This document shows, piece after piece, positions 1-8,738 of a stretch of DNA of 32,000 bases (positions are counted from its first letter, which is position 1; the number at the start of each line of letters is the position of its first letter). A program made the position numbers and the translations under genes. This DNA is from Erysipelotrichaceae bacterium (GTDB lineage Bacteria > Bacillota_I > Bacilli_A > Erysipelotrichales > Erysipelotrichaceae). The notes under the pieces are model-generated. The model did no database searches and was not told the origin of the DNA. It saw only the letters and a program-made list of their open reading frames with translations. Location: assembly GCA_963676105.1 (NCBI GenBank), contig OY781039.1, positions 720,001 through 752,000 on the forward strand, in the 5' to 3' direction.

Positions 1-1
1 T

Positions 2-259
2 CACGCGCAACAAACTGGGCAACGACTAGAAGGCATGATCTTTGCGACTCAAACCTTTACCACTAAACTACAATCCGCCTTGGGTTTGTATACCATCGGC
101 TTAGTTTTACATTACACAGGTTTTGTAGAAAACGCAGTACAAAGTGCCACTGCGGAAGCAGGTATCTTCTCACTTGTTTCACTACTTCCTGCGATTGCCT
201 GTTTATTAAGTTTAATTCCAATGTTCTGGTTTAAACTAGATGATAATATTCATGTTTAA
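2..259 (+). CDS. Sugar:cation symporter (GPH/MFS-like), C-terminal fragment cut by the window edge
   Basis: The frame is open from base 2 (HAQQTGQRLEG precedes the listed Met at 35). It has hydrophobic helices and a G-x-R-x-EG loop resembling MelB/YicJ-type carriers. Family call is by motif recall only. Confidence 0.45.
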   Translation, partial: HAQQTGQRLEGMIFATQTFTTKLQSALGLYTIGLVLHYTGFVENAVQSATAEAGIFSLVSLLPAIACLLSLIPMFWFKLDDNIHV

Positions 260-1071
260 ACTTCTTTATTCTTTTCTAAAATAAGCTGGGCAAATTCAGA
301 TACTCCAGCTTTTTTTGCGTCTGAGACAACGATATCTGCGACTTCTTTAATAAAGTCAGCTGCGTTATTTACGGCAGCGCTATAGCCTACTTCACTTAAC
401 ATGATGCGATCATTCACTGAATCACCGATTGCGGCTACAGATGATAAATCGTGATTATGAAGTTTTAAGATTTCCTGAATGCCAGTCAGTTTAGAATGTC
501 CAAAAGGCATTAAATCCATATAGGAGTCACTAAAACGTTCACAGTAAGCTTGATCTTGGTGTTTTTCAATAAAGGCATCAAAAAGTTCAGGATAATTATT
601 ATTTTCACGATGTAAACATATTTTAGGAAATGCTTTGGTCGCATGTCTTTTTGTAAAATCCATTGGAGCCACATTAATCTTACAATGCTCTTTTTCATAA
701 AGAACTGAATGATCTAAATGTGAATAATACAGTGTGCCATCTTGTTCAATTGAAAAATGCAAACCTAGATCAATCGCATCTTGTATATATCGATTAATAT
801 CTTCCACACTATGATCATATTGGGCAAAAGGTTTATCATCAATAGCACGTTGAACCATGGTTCCATTAGCACCAATTAGATAACCCCCATATTTTTCAAG
901 CTGAACAGCTTCTGCGACAACCATTAAAGATGAAATTGTTCGTCCTGAAGCTAAAATAAGTTTTACGCCTGATTCTTGTAACTCGATTAAAGACTCTATG
1001 TTTTTAGGGTGTATCCCTACTTCAACATCAAACAAAGTATGGTCGATGTCGGTAACGAAATATTTGTACAT
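256..1071 (-). CDS. Cof-type HAD-IIB sugar-phosphate phosphatase
   Basis: N-terminal DIDHTLF (DxDxT), SGR motif and C-terminal GDSVNDRIML (GDxxND). 271 aa, a typical Cof/YidA size. Confidence 0.85.
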   Translation of the reverse strand: MYKYFVTDIDHTLFDVEVGIHPKNIESLIELQESGVKLILASGRTISSLMVVAEAVQLEKYGGYLIGANGTMVQRAIDDKPFAQYDHSVEDINRYIQDAIDLGLHFSIEQDGTLYYSHLDHSVLYEKEHCKINVAPMDFTKRHATKAFPKICLHRENNNYPELFDAFIEKHQDQAYCERFSDSYMDLMPFGHSKLTGIQEILKLHNHDLSSVAAIGDSVNDRIMLSEVGYSAAVNNAADFIKEVADIVVSDAKKAGVSEFAQLILEKNKEV

Positions 1072-1121
1072 ACAAGAGATATTCTAACATGATTAAAGCT
1101 AGCATGTTATAATTGTGCGGT

Positions 1122-1907
1122 ATGAAAAATCTACCTAAAGCTCTATTCTTTGACTTCGATGGAACCATCGTAGATCCAAAGACTCACGAAGTGCCACAAA
1201 GCGCACTCGACGCCCTCCAACAACTCCATGAAAACGGCTATCATATTTGTATCGCTTCTGGTCGTGGTTATCCACTTCTAAAAGCTACGGGTATTATGGA
1301 TCGCTTCCCATGGGATGGTTATGTTTTAAACAATGGTCAACTGATTAAGGATGAAAATGAGAATACACTTATCCACCACTTCATTGAACATGATGTTGTC
1401 TTAAAAATTATTGAAGAAGCCAATAAATTGGATTTGAACATTCAATTTGGCTCAACTGAAGGTGACTTCATGAATAAAGAAGCCAATGACTATGTTCATG
1501 CAGCTCATGAATTCTTCCATGAACCTATTGCGCCACTAGGAGAATATACTGGTCAAAACTGCGATAAAATATTGGTCTACAATGAATTCGGCTATGATTA
1601 CGCTCCTTTTAAAGCCATAAAAGGTTTGGCAGTCTTCCCTGCTCGTAGTTCTTATGCTGATCTAGCGTGTGAGGGTATCTCAAAAGCCAGTGCCATCATT
1701 GAACTATGCAAACATAAGGGATGGGATGTACACTATGCAGCCTTTGGCGATTCTTTAAATGACATGGAAATGTTAAAAGGCGCAAGTTTAAAAGTTGCGA
1801 TGGGAAATGGTGATGATGATCTTAAAGCCATTGCCAATGTCATCGCCCCTGAAGTTTGGGACAATGGTCTAGCACGTGTTTTAAAAGAAATTGGATATAT
1901 TAACTAA
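1122..1907 (+). CDS. Cof-type HAD-IIB phosphatase (second, divergent copy)
   Basis: FFDFDGTIV, ASGRG and GDSLNDMEML motifs. ATG 1122 is preferred over the TTG at 1113 listed in the ORF track. Confidence 0.85.
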   Translation: MKNLPKALFFDFDGTIVDPKTHEVPQSALDALQQLHENGYHICIASGRGYPLLKATGIMDRFPWDGYVLNNGQLIKDENENTLIHHFIEHDVVLKIIEEANKLDLNIQFGSTEGDFMNKEANDYVHAAHEFFHEPIAPLGEYTGQNCDKILVYNEFGYDYAPFKAIKGLAVFPARSSYADLACEGISKASAIIELCKHKGWDVHYAAFGDSLNDMEMLKGASLKVAMGNGDDDLKAIANVIAPEVWDNGLARVLKEIGYIN

Positions 1908-1932
1908 AAAGCTGAAATTGTCTCAGCTTTTT
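1906..1932. terminator. Bidirectional rho-independent terminator between convergent genes
   Basis: AAAAAGCTGA (1906-1915) pairs with TCAGCTTTTT (1923-1932) around a 7-nt loop. A/T runs lie on both sides. Confidence 0.65.
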
Positions 1933-2610
1933 TTATACATCGTTTAAACTTTTGTCACCATACATAGCTTTCCAATCAGTATTGAAATCTTTAACAGCTT
2001 TGTCTATGTTTGGATTATTAAACACAGCCATTAATAAGTCATAAGAAGCTGTAATACTATTGGCTCCAGCATTAAAGGCATCTTTGATTTGTTGAAGATT
2101 CTTAAAACTAGCCGCTACAACTTTGCAATCATAATTATCTGTCGCAATTCGATAGGATACGTTATCAATTAAACCATACGGATCAGTCCCTAAATTAGAC
2201 ATACGGTTGACGTAAGGTGCAATATAATCTGCTCCAGCCTCAAGCGCTAAATAGGCTTGCATCAAATCATAAACTGCTGTGGCAGTTACTTTATAGCCTT
2301 CTGCTTTTAATGCTTTAATGGCTTTTAAGCCCACTTTGTTAACAGGCACTTTAATATAGACATCTTTATCAATTGCTTTGTGAATATTTTTAGCTTCCGC
2401 TAAAATACCTTCATAATCTGTCGCAATCACTTGAATATGTACGGATCTCTTCTTACCTATAATCTTACGGATTTCACGCATATGATCATAAAAGTTTGCA
2501 GGTGAAACTTTTTTAACAATACTAGGATTAGAGGTTACACCTACCAGTGGCAAATACTCGATCGCATCTTTAATTTCTTCTAAGTTAATGGTATCAATAA
2601 TAAATTCCAT
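1933..2610 (-). CDS. Transaldolase-family protein (short TalC/Fsa type; fructose-6-phosphate aldolase or transaldolase)
   Basis: 225 aa. MEFIIDTINLEEIK...GVTSNPSI N-terminus and a Schiff-base lysine context YIKVPVNKVGLKAIKAL. It lies directly downstream of the GRE on the same strand. Confidence 0.8.
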   Translation of the reverse strand: MEFIIDTINLEEIKDAIEYLPLVGVTSNPSIVKKVSPANFYDHMREIRKIIGKKRSVHIQVIATDYEGILAEAKNIHKAIDKDVYIKVPVNKVGLKAIKALKAEGYKVTATAVYDLMQAYLALEAGADYIAPYVNRMSNLGTDPYGLIDNVSYRIATDNYDCKVVAASFKNLQQIKDAFNAGANSITASYDLLMAVFNNPNIDKAVKDFNTDWKAMYGDKSLNDV

Positions 2611-2619
2611 GTCACACTC

Positions 2620-5043
2620 CTAAATACTTTGTTCTGTTCTTTCAATGATATCATCTTGTGTCGCTTTTGATAAAACATTAAAGAAAGCTGAATAACCCGC
2701 CACTCGTACAATTAAATCACGATGCTTTTCAGGATGATTTTGAGCATCAATTAACGTTTCTTTTGATACCACATTATATTGAACATGATAGCCTTTTAAA
2801 CGATTAAAGAAAGTTCTAATTAACATTTCTAACTTCAATTTATTTTCATCAGTCGACAACATTTGTGGTGTTACTTTTTGATTGAGAAGTACACCACCTG
2901 TAATTTCATGGGTTGGTAATTTAGAAACCGTTTTAAAGACTGCGGTTGGTCCTGACTTATCCATTGAATGGGCAGGTGAGCAACCTTCAGCCAAAGGTGT
3001 ACTTGCATGTCGACCATCAGGTGTTGCTTTAGTTTTAATCCCTTGTCCCACATTGGCAGAAATTGATGAAGTACCGGCATATCGAAGTCCACCAATCGGA
3101 CCACGATTATGACGCGTATTTGGATACTTCTTCATTTCACTAATATAAGAATCATAAGCATCAACCACCAATTGATCGACATAATCAATATCATTTCCAT
3201 ATTTAGGTGATTCCATAATTAATAGTTGTTGAATCTTTTGTGATTTCTCGGATGTAAAATCATCTTCTAAAGCTTCCCATAAATCTTCTGTACTTATTTT
3301 ATTTTGTTCGAAAACAAGTTTCTTAATAGCTGCTAAACTATCGGCAGTATTGGCAATACCCACTTGTAATCCAGAGATAAAGTCATAAACTGCTCCACCT
3401 TCTTTGATCGTTTTACCACGTCCAATACAGTCTTGCGTAAGTGTTGAACATAAAATATCTGGTACATTTCTTTCTAGTGCTAAATCAACAGTATTTTCAA
3501 CAATGACTGACATACGTGTAAGTTCTCGCACTGTTTTATCCCAAGCATTAGCTAATTCTTCATAGGATTTCATATCTTTGAAATGACCATAACCCTTTGT
3601 AAAGCGTTTACCACTGGTCACATCAATTCCATCGTTCATGGTGATTAAAAGAATACGTGGGAAATTCATATAACTCATACCCGTACAACGATATCCCCAT
3701 TTACCAGGTACCGCTGTTTCTACACAACCAATCGCTGAGTAATTATAGGCATCCTCTTCTGATACCCCTAAATTAATGAAGGAAGGAATTATGATTTCAT
3801 CACTGTTAAAAGCAGGCATACCAGTTCCCAACTTCATAACTTCTATACACTCATTCATAAACTTTTTATCTAACCCGGCATAGTATCGTACTGTTAAATT
3901 AGGTTGAGGAAGTCGTGTTTGCGCAACGGATCTTAAAACTAAATAAGACAAAGGATTTACTGCATCTTGTTTATCTGAAGTCTGTCCACCAATCGTAACG
4001 TTTTGATAAAGAGGTGAACCAGCACTTGAATACGTATGTGCTTGAGATCGAACTTTATTTACTGTATATGTTTTAATCCACAGATTCGTTAAAAGTTCTA
4101 CAGCTTCATCTTCATCAATACGTCCACACTCATTGTCTGCTTTATAATACGGATAAATATATTGATCAAAGCGACCATAGGATAATGAGTGTCCATTCGA
4201 TTCAATTTGTAGTATTAATTGTATAAACCAAGTCGCTTGAACAGCTTCTTTAAAAGATGACGCTGCCTCATAAGGTACCTTTTTACAAACATCTACAATT
4301 TCTAACAATTCAGCTTTACGTTTTTCATCTGCTGTTTTTGACATTTCAAGCGCAAGTTTCGCATATCGATGCGCAAAGTTTTTAACTGCTTCAATGGTAA
4401 TTAATACTGAACGATAGAAATGATATTTATCGATGTTTTCAGGTATCGTTAAATCAAGTTCTTCTTTTAGTTTTAAGGTTTTTTCTTCATAACCTTTTAA
4501 CCCTTGTTTGAGCATTGAATCATAATCAACTGCCAAGTGAGCATCGCCTGAGTTCAACTTACCTTCCATACCAAAGAAACCAGTTTCCATAAACACAGAA
4601 ACTTCTTCAGGCAACATCGCACCACCTTTCGCTCTTAAATTGTTATTTTCCCAAAATGGCGCAATTGATCTAAGGTCTTCTTTAGTCTTTTCAGTAATGT
4701 AGAAGACATCACCATCTCTTTTTTCAAATAGATCAAGTTCATTCATGACAAACTCTAATGTGTACTCTGGAAAAATGGGTGCATCTTTATTAGATTCCGC
4801 TTGATTACCAACTAAAAGTGTTTCATCTTCAATATAAATTGTCATTTTATCTAAGATATTCTTAAGCATGAGTGCTCTTTGCATAACAACAGGCTCATGT
4901 TTGGCGAGTTTATAACTTTCTGTCGCAAGCAATGCTCTTTCTGCACTAATATAAGGTTTCTTTTCTAAAACCGACTCACGATAGTCATTCATTCTTTGTG
5001 TTAGATCACCAAAATACGCAATATTCTTCATAAAATCCTCCAT
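2620..5043 (-). CDS. Glycyl radical enzyme, PFL2/dehydratase-lyase clade
   Basis: 807 aa. C-terminal glycyl-radical signature DLIVRVAGYSAFF. A single catalytic Cys in AIGCVETAV (Cys-x-Glu rather than the CC of true PFL). The SD GGAGGA lies inside the first codons, so the real start may be ATG 5031. Confidence 0.9.
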   Translation of the reverse strand: MEDFMKNIAYFGDLTQRMNDYRESVLEKKPYISAERALLATESYKLAKHEPVVMQRALMLKNILDKMTIYIEDETLLVGNQAESNKDAPIFPEYTLEFVMNELDLFEKRDGDVFYITEKTKEDLRSIAPFWENNNLRAKGGAMLPEEVSVFMETGFFGMEGKLNSGDAHLAVDYDSMLKQGLKGYEEKTLKLKEELDLTIPENIDKYHFYRSVLITIEAVKNFAHRYAKLALEMSKTADEKRKAELLEIVDVCKKVPYEAASSFKEAVQATWFIQLILQIESNGHSLSYGRFDQYIYPYYKADNECGRIDEDEAVELLTNLWIKTYTVNKVRSQAHTYSSAGSPLYQNVTIGGQTSDKQDAVNPLSYLVLRSVAQTRLPQPNLTVRYYAGLDKKFMNECIEVMKLGTGMPAFNSDEIIIPSFINLGVSEEDAYNYSAIGCVETAVPGKWGYRCTGMSYMNFPRILLITMNDGIDVTSGKRFTKGYGHFKDMKSYEELANAWDKTVRELTRMSVIVENTVDLALERNVPDILCSTLTQDCIGRGKTIKEGGAVYDFISGLQVGIANTADSLAAIKKLVFEQNKISTEDLWEALEDDFTSEKSQKIQQLLIMESPKYGNDIDYVDQLVVDAYDSYISEMKKYPNTRHNRGPIGGLRYAGTSSISANVGQGIKTKATPDGRHASTPLAEGCSPAHSMDKSGPTAVFKTVSKLPTHEITGGVLLNQKVTPQMLSTDENKLKLEMLIRTFFNRLKGYHVQYNVVSKETLIDAQNHPEKHRDLIVRVAGYSAFFNVLSKATQDDIIERTEQSI

Positions 5044-5045
5044 TT

Positions 5046-5060
5046 ATATTTCATTTGAAA
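5046..5060. promoter_or_regulatory. Operator-like palindrome TTTCATTTGAAA within a 15-mer repeated at 6889-6903
   Basis: ATATTTCATTTGAAA sits immediately upstream of the GRE start in the divergent GRE/activase promoter region. Confidence 0.5.
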
Positions 5061-5117
5061 CTTTTTAATGTTTCTTTTACAAGTTTAGTTTATAATATTT
5101 AAGAATTATGTCAATCT

Positions 5118-5135
5118 TTATTTCATATGAAATAA
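5118..5135. promoter_or_regulatory. Perfect 18-bp palindrome TTATTTCATATGAAATAA (same TTTCA-N2-TGAAA core)
   Basis: All 9 base pairs of the dyad checked by eye. It lies 20-50 bp upstream of the activase start. Confidence 0.5.
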
Positions 5136-5154
5136 TGATATATTTCAGTTATAA

Positions 5155-6084
5155 ATGATAAAATTTAAAAAGAAAAGTGAGTTGCAAATGAAACAAGGTG
5201 TTATCTTCAATATTCAAAAATTTAGTATTCATGATGGTCCAGGTATTCGTACAACCGTTTTTTTTAAAGGCTGTCCACTTAAATGTGAGTGGTGTGCGAA
5301 TCCAGAGTCACAGAAATTTAATGTTCAAATCTTATGGGATGATCGTAGATGTGATAAAAATTTAAAATGTGTTGATATCTGTGAAGAGGACGCGATACAT
5401 GAAATCAACGGACAAATTGTCATTAACCAAAATAAATGTACAAATTGTTTTAAATGTGTTGAAGCCTGTCCTACACAAGCTTTAAACATTACTGGTGATA
5501 CAAAAGAAGTACAAGAGATTGTTGATATCTGTCTACAAGATAAAGACTTCTATGAAGAATCCGGTGGAGGCGTCACCATCTCTGGTGGTGAAGGCATGGC
5601 TCAACCTGAATTTCTAAAAGAACTTGTTCATGAACTAAAAAAAGAGAATTTACACCTAACAATTGAAACAACCGGTTATACAGAAACCGAAACATTCAAA
5701 GAATTAGCACCATTATTTGACCTAGTTTTATTTGATGTTAAACATCACTCATCCAGTGTCCATTTCAAATACACACATGTTAATAACGAATTAATTTTAG
5801 ATAATCTAGAATGGGCTATTCAAAACGAGATTAATGTCTTAGTCAGAATTCCTGTCATTCCAAAAGTGAATGATGATATATACGATGCTTTAGAGTTCTC
5901 TAAGTTGTTTAATAAAATAGGCATACAAAAAGTGCAATTACTACCTTTCCATCAATTTGGTGAAAAGAAATATGAGATGTTAAATCAAGAGTATCTCTTT
6001 AAAGACACAAAAGCCCTCCATCAAGAGGACTTAGTAGATTATCAAAAAATATTTCTCGATCATAATATCGATTGCTTCTTTTAA
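5155..6084 (+). CDS. Glycyl radical enzyme activating enzyme (radical SAM)
   Basis: CPLKCEWCANPES (CX3CX2C), two ferredoxin-like Cys clusters (CVDICEEDA, CTNCFKCVEACP) and ISGGEG. An alternative start is ATG 5188 (MKQGVIFNIQ). Confidence 0.9.
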   Translation: MIKFKKKSELQMKQGVIFNIQKFSIHDGPGIRTTVFFKGCPLKCEWCANPESQKFNVQILWDDRRCDKNLKCVDICEEDAIHEINGQIVINQNKCTNCFKCVEACPTQALNITGDTKEVQEIVDICLQDKDFYEESGGGVTISGGEGMAQPEFLKELVHELKKENLHLTIETTGYTETETFKELAPLFDLVLFDVKHHSSSVHFKYTHVNNELILDNLEWAIQNEINVLVRIPVIPKVNDDIYDALEFSKLFNKIGIQKVQLLPFHQFGEKKYEMLNQEYLFKDTKALHQEDLVDYQKIFLDHNIDCFF

Positions 6085-6836
6085 CTTAATATGACTTGGA
6101 TACCTTTGGCCTCTAAGTCTTTTTTAATATCTAAGTCTATTTCATCATCTGTCACAACTACAGATATAAATTCTGAATTAATCAGAGGAACAACACCTGT
6201 TTGTTTAAATTTAATTGAGTCTGTTACTATAATCACTTTATTAGCTTGTAGTGCCATATCACGAACCGCTTCAGTTCTCATCAAATCATTTCCAGTAAAT
6301 CCTACCTTAGAAGAATAACCATCTGTTCCCACAAATAACTTATCTACAAAGAAATTAGAGGCACAACGCTTAGTCATCGGTCCAACCATAACCTGAGATT
6401 CTAATTGATACTCACCACCTAATAAAATAATTTTTGTTTGGTTCACTTTACGCACATAATCAGCCACAAAAGCAGAGTTAGTAATAATGGTGATATCTTT
6501 ACGATGATTCGCAAGTTCTAAGGCAACTAATGCACAAGATGATCCTGATTCAATCATCACGGTTTCTCCATCTTTAACAGATTCAATAGCTTTTTTCGCA
6601 ATCTTTAACTTTTTATCATAGTGATAAGCCAAGCGTGTATTAATGTCATCCTTGGCATTAAGTGTCGCAAAACCATGTTCGCGCTTAATTAATCCTTTTT
6701 CCTCGAGTTGGATTAAATCTTTACGTATGGTTACTTGTGAGACATTAAAGGCAGCTGAGAGTTCTGTGACTTCAACTTTCTTTTTATCAGTGATCATTTC
6801 TAATATTTGAGTATGTCGTGTTTCTAGCTTTTTCAT
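6081..6836 (-). CDS. DeoR/GlpR-family transcriptional regulator
   Basis: N-terminal HTH (VTELSAAFNVSQVTIRKDLIQLEEKGLIKREHG) and a C-terminal sugar-phosphate-binding DeoR_C-like domain. 251 aa. Confidence 0.9.
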   Translation of the reverse strand: MKKLETRHTQILEMITDKKKVEVTELSAAFNVSQVTIRKDLIQLEEKGLIKREHGFATLNAKDDINTRLAYHYDKKLKIAKKAIESVKDGETVMIESGSSCALVALELANHRKDITIITNSAFVADYVRKVNQTKIILLGGEYQLESQVMVGPMTKRCASNFFVDKLFVGTDGYSSKVGFTGNDLMRTEAVRDMALQANKVIIVTDSIKFKQTGVVPLINSEFISVVVTDDEIDLDIKKDLEAKGIQVILS

Positions 6837-6876
6837 CTAAATTAAGAGTAGCACAAAAACTTTCATAACAAACAAA

Positions 6877-6920
6877 AATAACTTTCGAATATTTCATTTG
6901 AAATGTTTTCGAAAGTTATT
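6877..6920 (-). terminator. Terminator of the 566-aa gene with an operator-like palindrome in its loop
   Basis: ATAACTTTCGAA (6878-6889) pairs with TTCGAAAGTTAT (6908-6919). On the minus strand it is followed by TTTTGTTTGTT. The loop carries ATATTTCATTTGAAA (6889-6903). Confidence 0.6.
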
Positions 6921-6927
6921 ATTTAAA

Positions 6928-8628
6928 CTATTTTGAATTAATTAAAGTTTCTAGTAATGCAGTTGCGGTTAATTCTAAGTGATTCTTAGCCGCATCTTTA
7001 ACGCCTAATCCTGAGTAAACTTCACCTACTTGTACACCTGAAGCATCGAGTGCATCAAAGTATTTATCAATCAGTGGATCACAGGTAGCTTGATCTTGCA
7101 TTGGTCCAAATGGATTTGCGAAGTAAGTGACTGAGATACCTGTTTCATGCGTCGTAGCCATCGCCATACGTTTACCGTTAACAAATGTATCCTTGACTTC
7201 ATTTGCACTCTTAACAAGTTTAACACCTGTTTGATTTTCATAGTTATTCGCATAGAAGAAATAATGAACAGGATGGGATGTTGAAATTGTTTCATACGTT
7301 GAAACTGGAATAATAACACGTGCATTGGTACGTTCAGGATTCATAAAGATTGAACGGTCCATAGTTTTATATGGTGTTCCGTTATCTAAGTCATCTAAAC
7401 GGATAAAGGCACCGATTTCAGTTCCTTGGGCAACCACTTTTCCATTTTCAATTTGGAATGTTCCCATATCATCAAAGATAATATCGAAACCTAAGAGGTC
7501 TTCATGACCAAGTAGTTGCATTGCTTCGATGGTTTCTGATTTACCAGCACCACTATCACCCATGAAACATACACCGATTGGATCACGTCCTTTTAAGTGA
7601 ACATTGATCATCGCACCGTGAATTGGTAACCAACCACGCTCCATAACAATCGCATTATGCATGGTTAACATCATTTTCTTCATGTATCCAAAGTATGAAA
7701 TACGTTCGTGGTAAGCTACTTTAGCTGTCCAGATATCATTTTCTTTATCATGGAAATAAGATGTATCTTCTGAACCATCGTTATAACCAAACATCACGAT
7801 TCCATCGACTTTTTTGGTTAAGATTTCCTCTTTAGTCGCAAGTTCAAATAAGTTTGCATTCGAAATGCCAGAGAAAGAGAAATCTTTATGGACATAGACA
7901 TAGATTAATAATTGACCTACTTTTGCAGGATAAACAAAGAAATCATCTTTACTGATATTTAACCCAGCCATTGGATTGTCTTTAACAAGTTGGAATGATC
8001 CAAAACGTTTAGTACCCTTTGGTCTTAAGATTAATGGTGCACGAACCAACATTTGATCAATAAAAGGAACCCCTTTTAAATATTCATAACCTGTTGGAAT
8101 TTTCCATTTAATATCACGTAAAACCATTGATGCGTTTGTGCCAGCTTGAAGTTGACGATAAACGCGATTTTTACTTCCTTGTAGTTTTTCTTGAATACCA
8201 CGATATAGATTTAAAACAGTTGCGTTATAACGTGTATCCATTTCAACAAAGTTATCTGCATGTCCAGACATAGATGTTGAAACTTTTAGGATTGAAACAC
8301 GGGATAGATTACGCCATGTGTTATAGGCATTTTCAACCACCGCCATTAAGCGTTTTGGTTCTTTAACAAGTTCTGAATCAATATCATCTAGTTCTAGTAC
8401 ACTAATTAATTTTAATGTACGAATCAAAGTGATCACGGCTTTAGATTGACTTTCACCTTGTAATAACCACTTATATGTTTTATTTTCTGAGACTTTTAAT
8501 TCATCTAAGAATGTGTTTAAAAAAGTTTTGAAACTGTCATGTGACATTAACTCATCGGCATCTTTTGGGAAGAACGCAGAGAAGTTAACAATCGCTGTAC
8601 CATCATGTATATATAATGCTTCTTTCAT
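6928..8628 (-). CDS. Uncharacterised P-loop protein with an HPr-kinase/PEPCK-like nucleotide-binding core
   Basis: IHGAMINVHLKGRDPIGVCFMGDSGAGKSETIEAM...FDDMG parallels the HprK segment HG..v...G.GvLitGdSGvGKSEtAleL...DD. Downstream, GAFIRL and NARVIIPV are reminiscent of PEPCK. The roughly 330-aa N-terminal region is unrecognised. Confidence 0.5.
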   Translation of the reverse strand: MKEALYIHDGTAIVNFSAFFPKDADELMSHDSFKTFLNTFLDELKVSENKTYKWLLQGESQSKAVITLIRTLKLISVLELDDIDSELVKEPKRLMAVVENAYNTWRNLSRVSILKVSTSMSGHADNFVEMDTRYNATVLNLYRGIQEKLQGSKNRVYRQLQAGTNASMVLRDIKWKIPTGYEYLKGVPFIDQMLVRAPLILRPKGTKRFGSFQLVKDNPMAGLNISKDDFFVYPAKVGQLLIYVYVHKDFSFSGISNANLFELATKEEILTKKVDGIVMFGYNDGSEDTSYFHDKENDIWTAKVAYHERISYFGYMKKMMLTMHNAIVMERGWLPIHGAMINVHLKGRDPIGVCFMGDSGAGKSETIEAMQLLGHEDLLGFDIIFDDMGTFQIENGKVVAQGTEIGAFIRLDDLDNGTPYKTMDRSIFMNPERTNARVIIPVSTYETISTSHPVHYFFYANNYENQTGVKLVKSANEVKDTFVNGKRMAMATTHETGISVTYFANPFGPMQDQATCDPLIDKYFDALDASGVQVGEVYSGLGVKDAAKNHLELTATALLETLINSK

Positions 8629-8738
8629 TTTGTACCTCTTTCTTTCAGTTCAGAGTTCATAATATCAAATATAAAGATAAAATGAAACTATTTTTGTAAA
8701 TTAATGAAAACAAATTATGTAAATAAATGTAACAAAAC

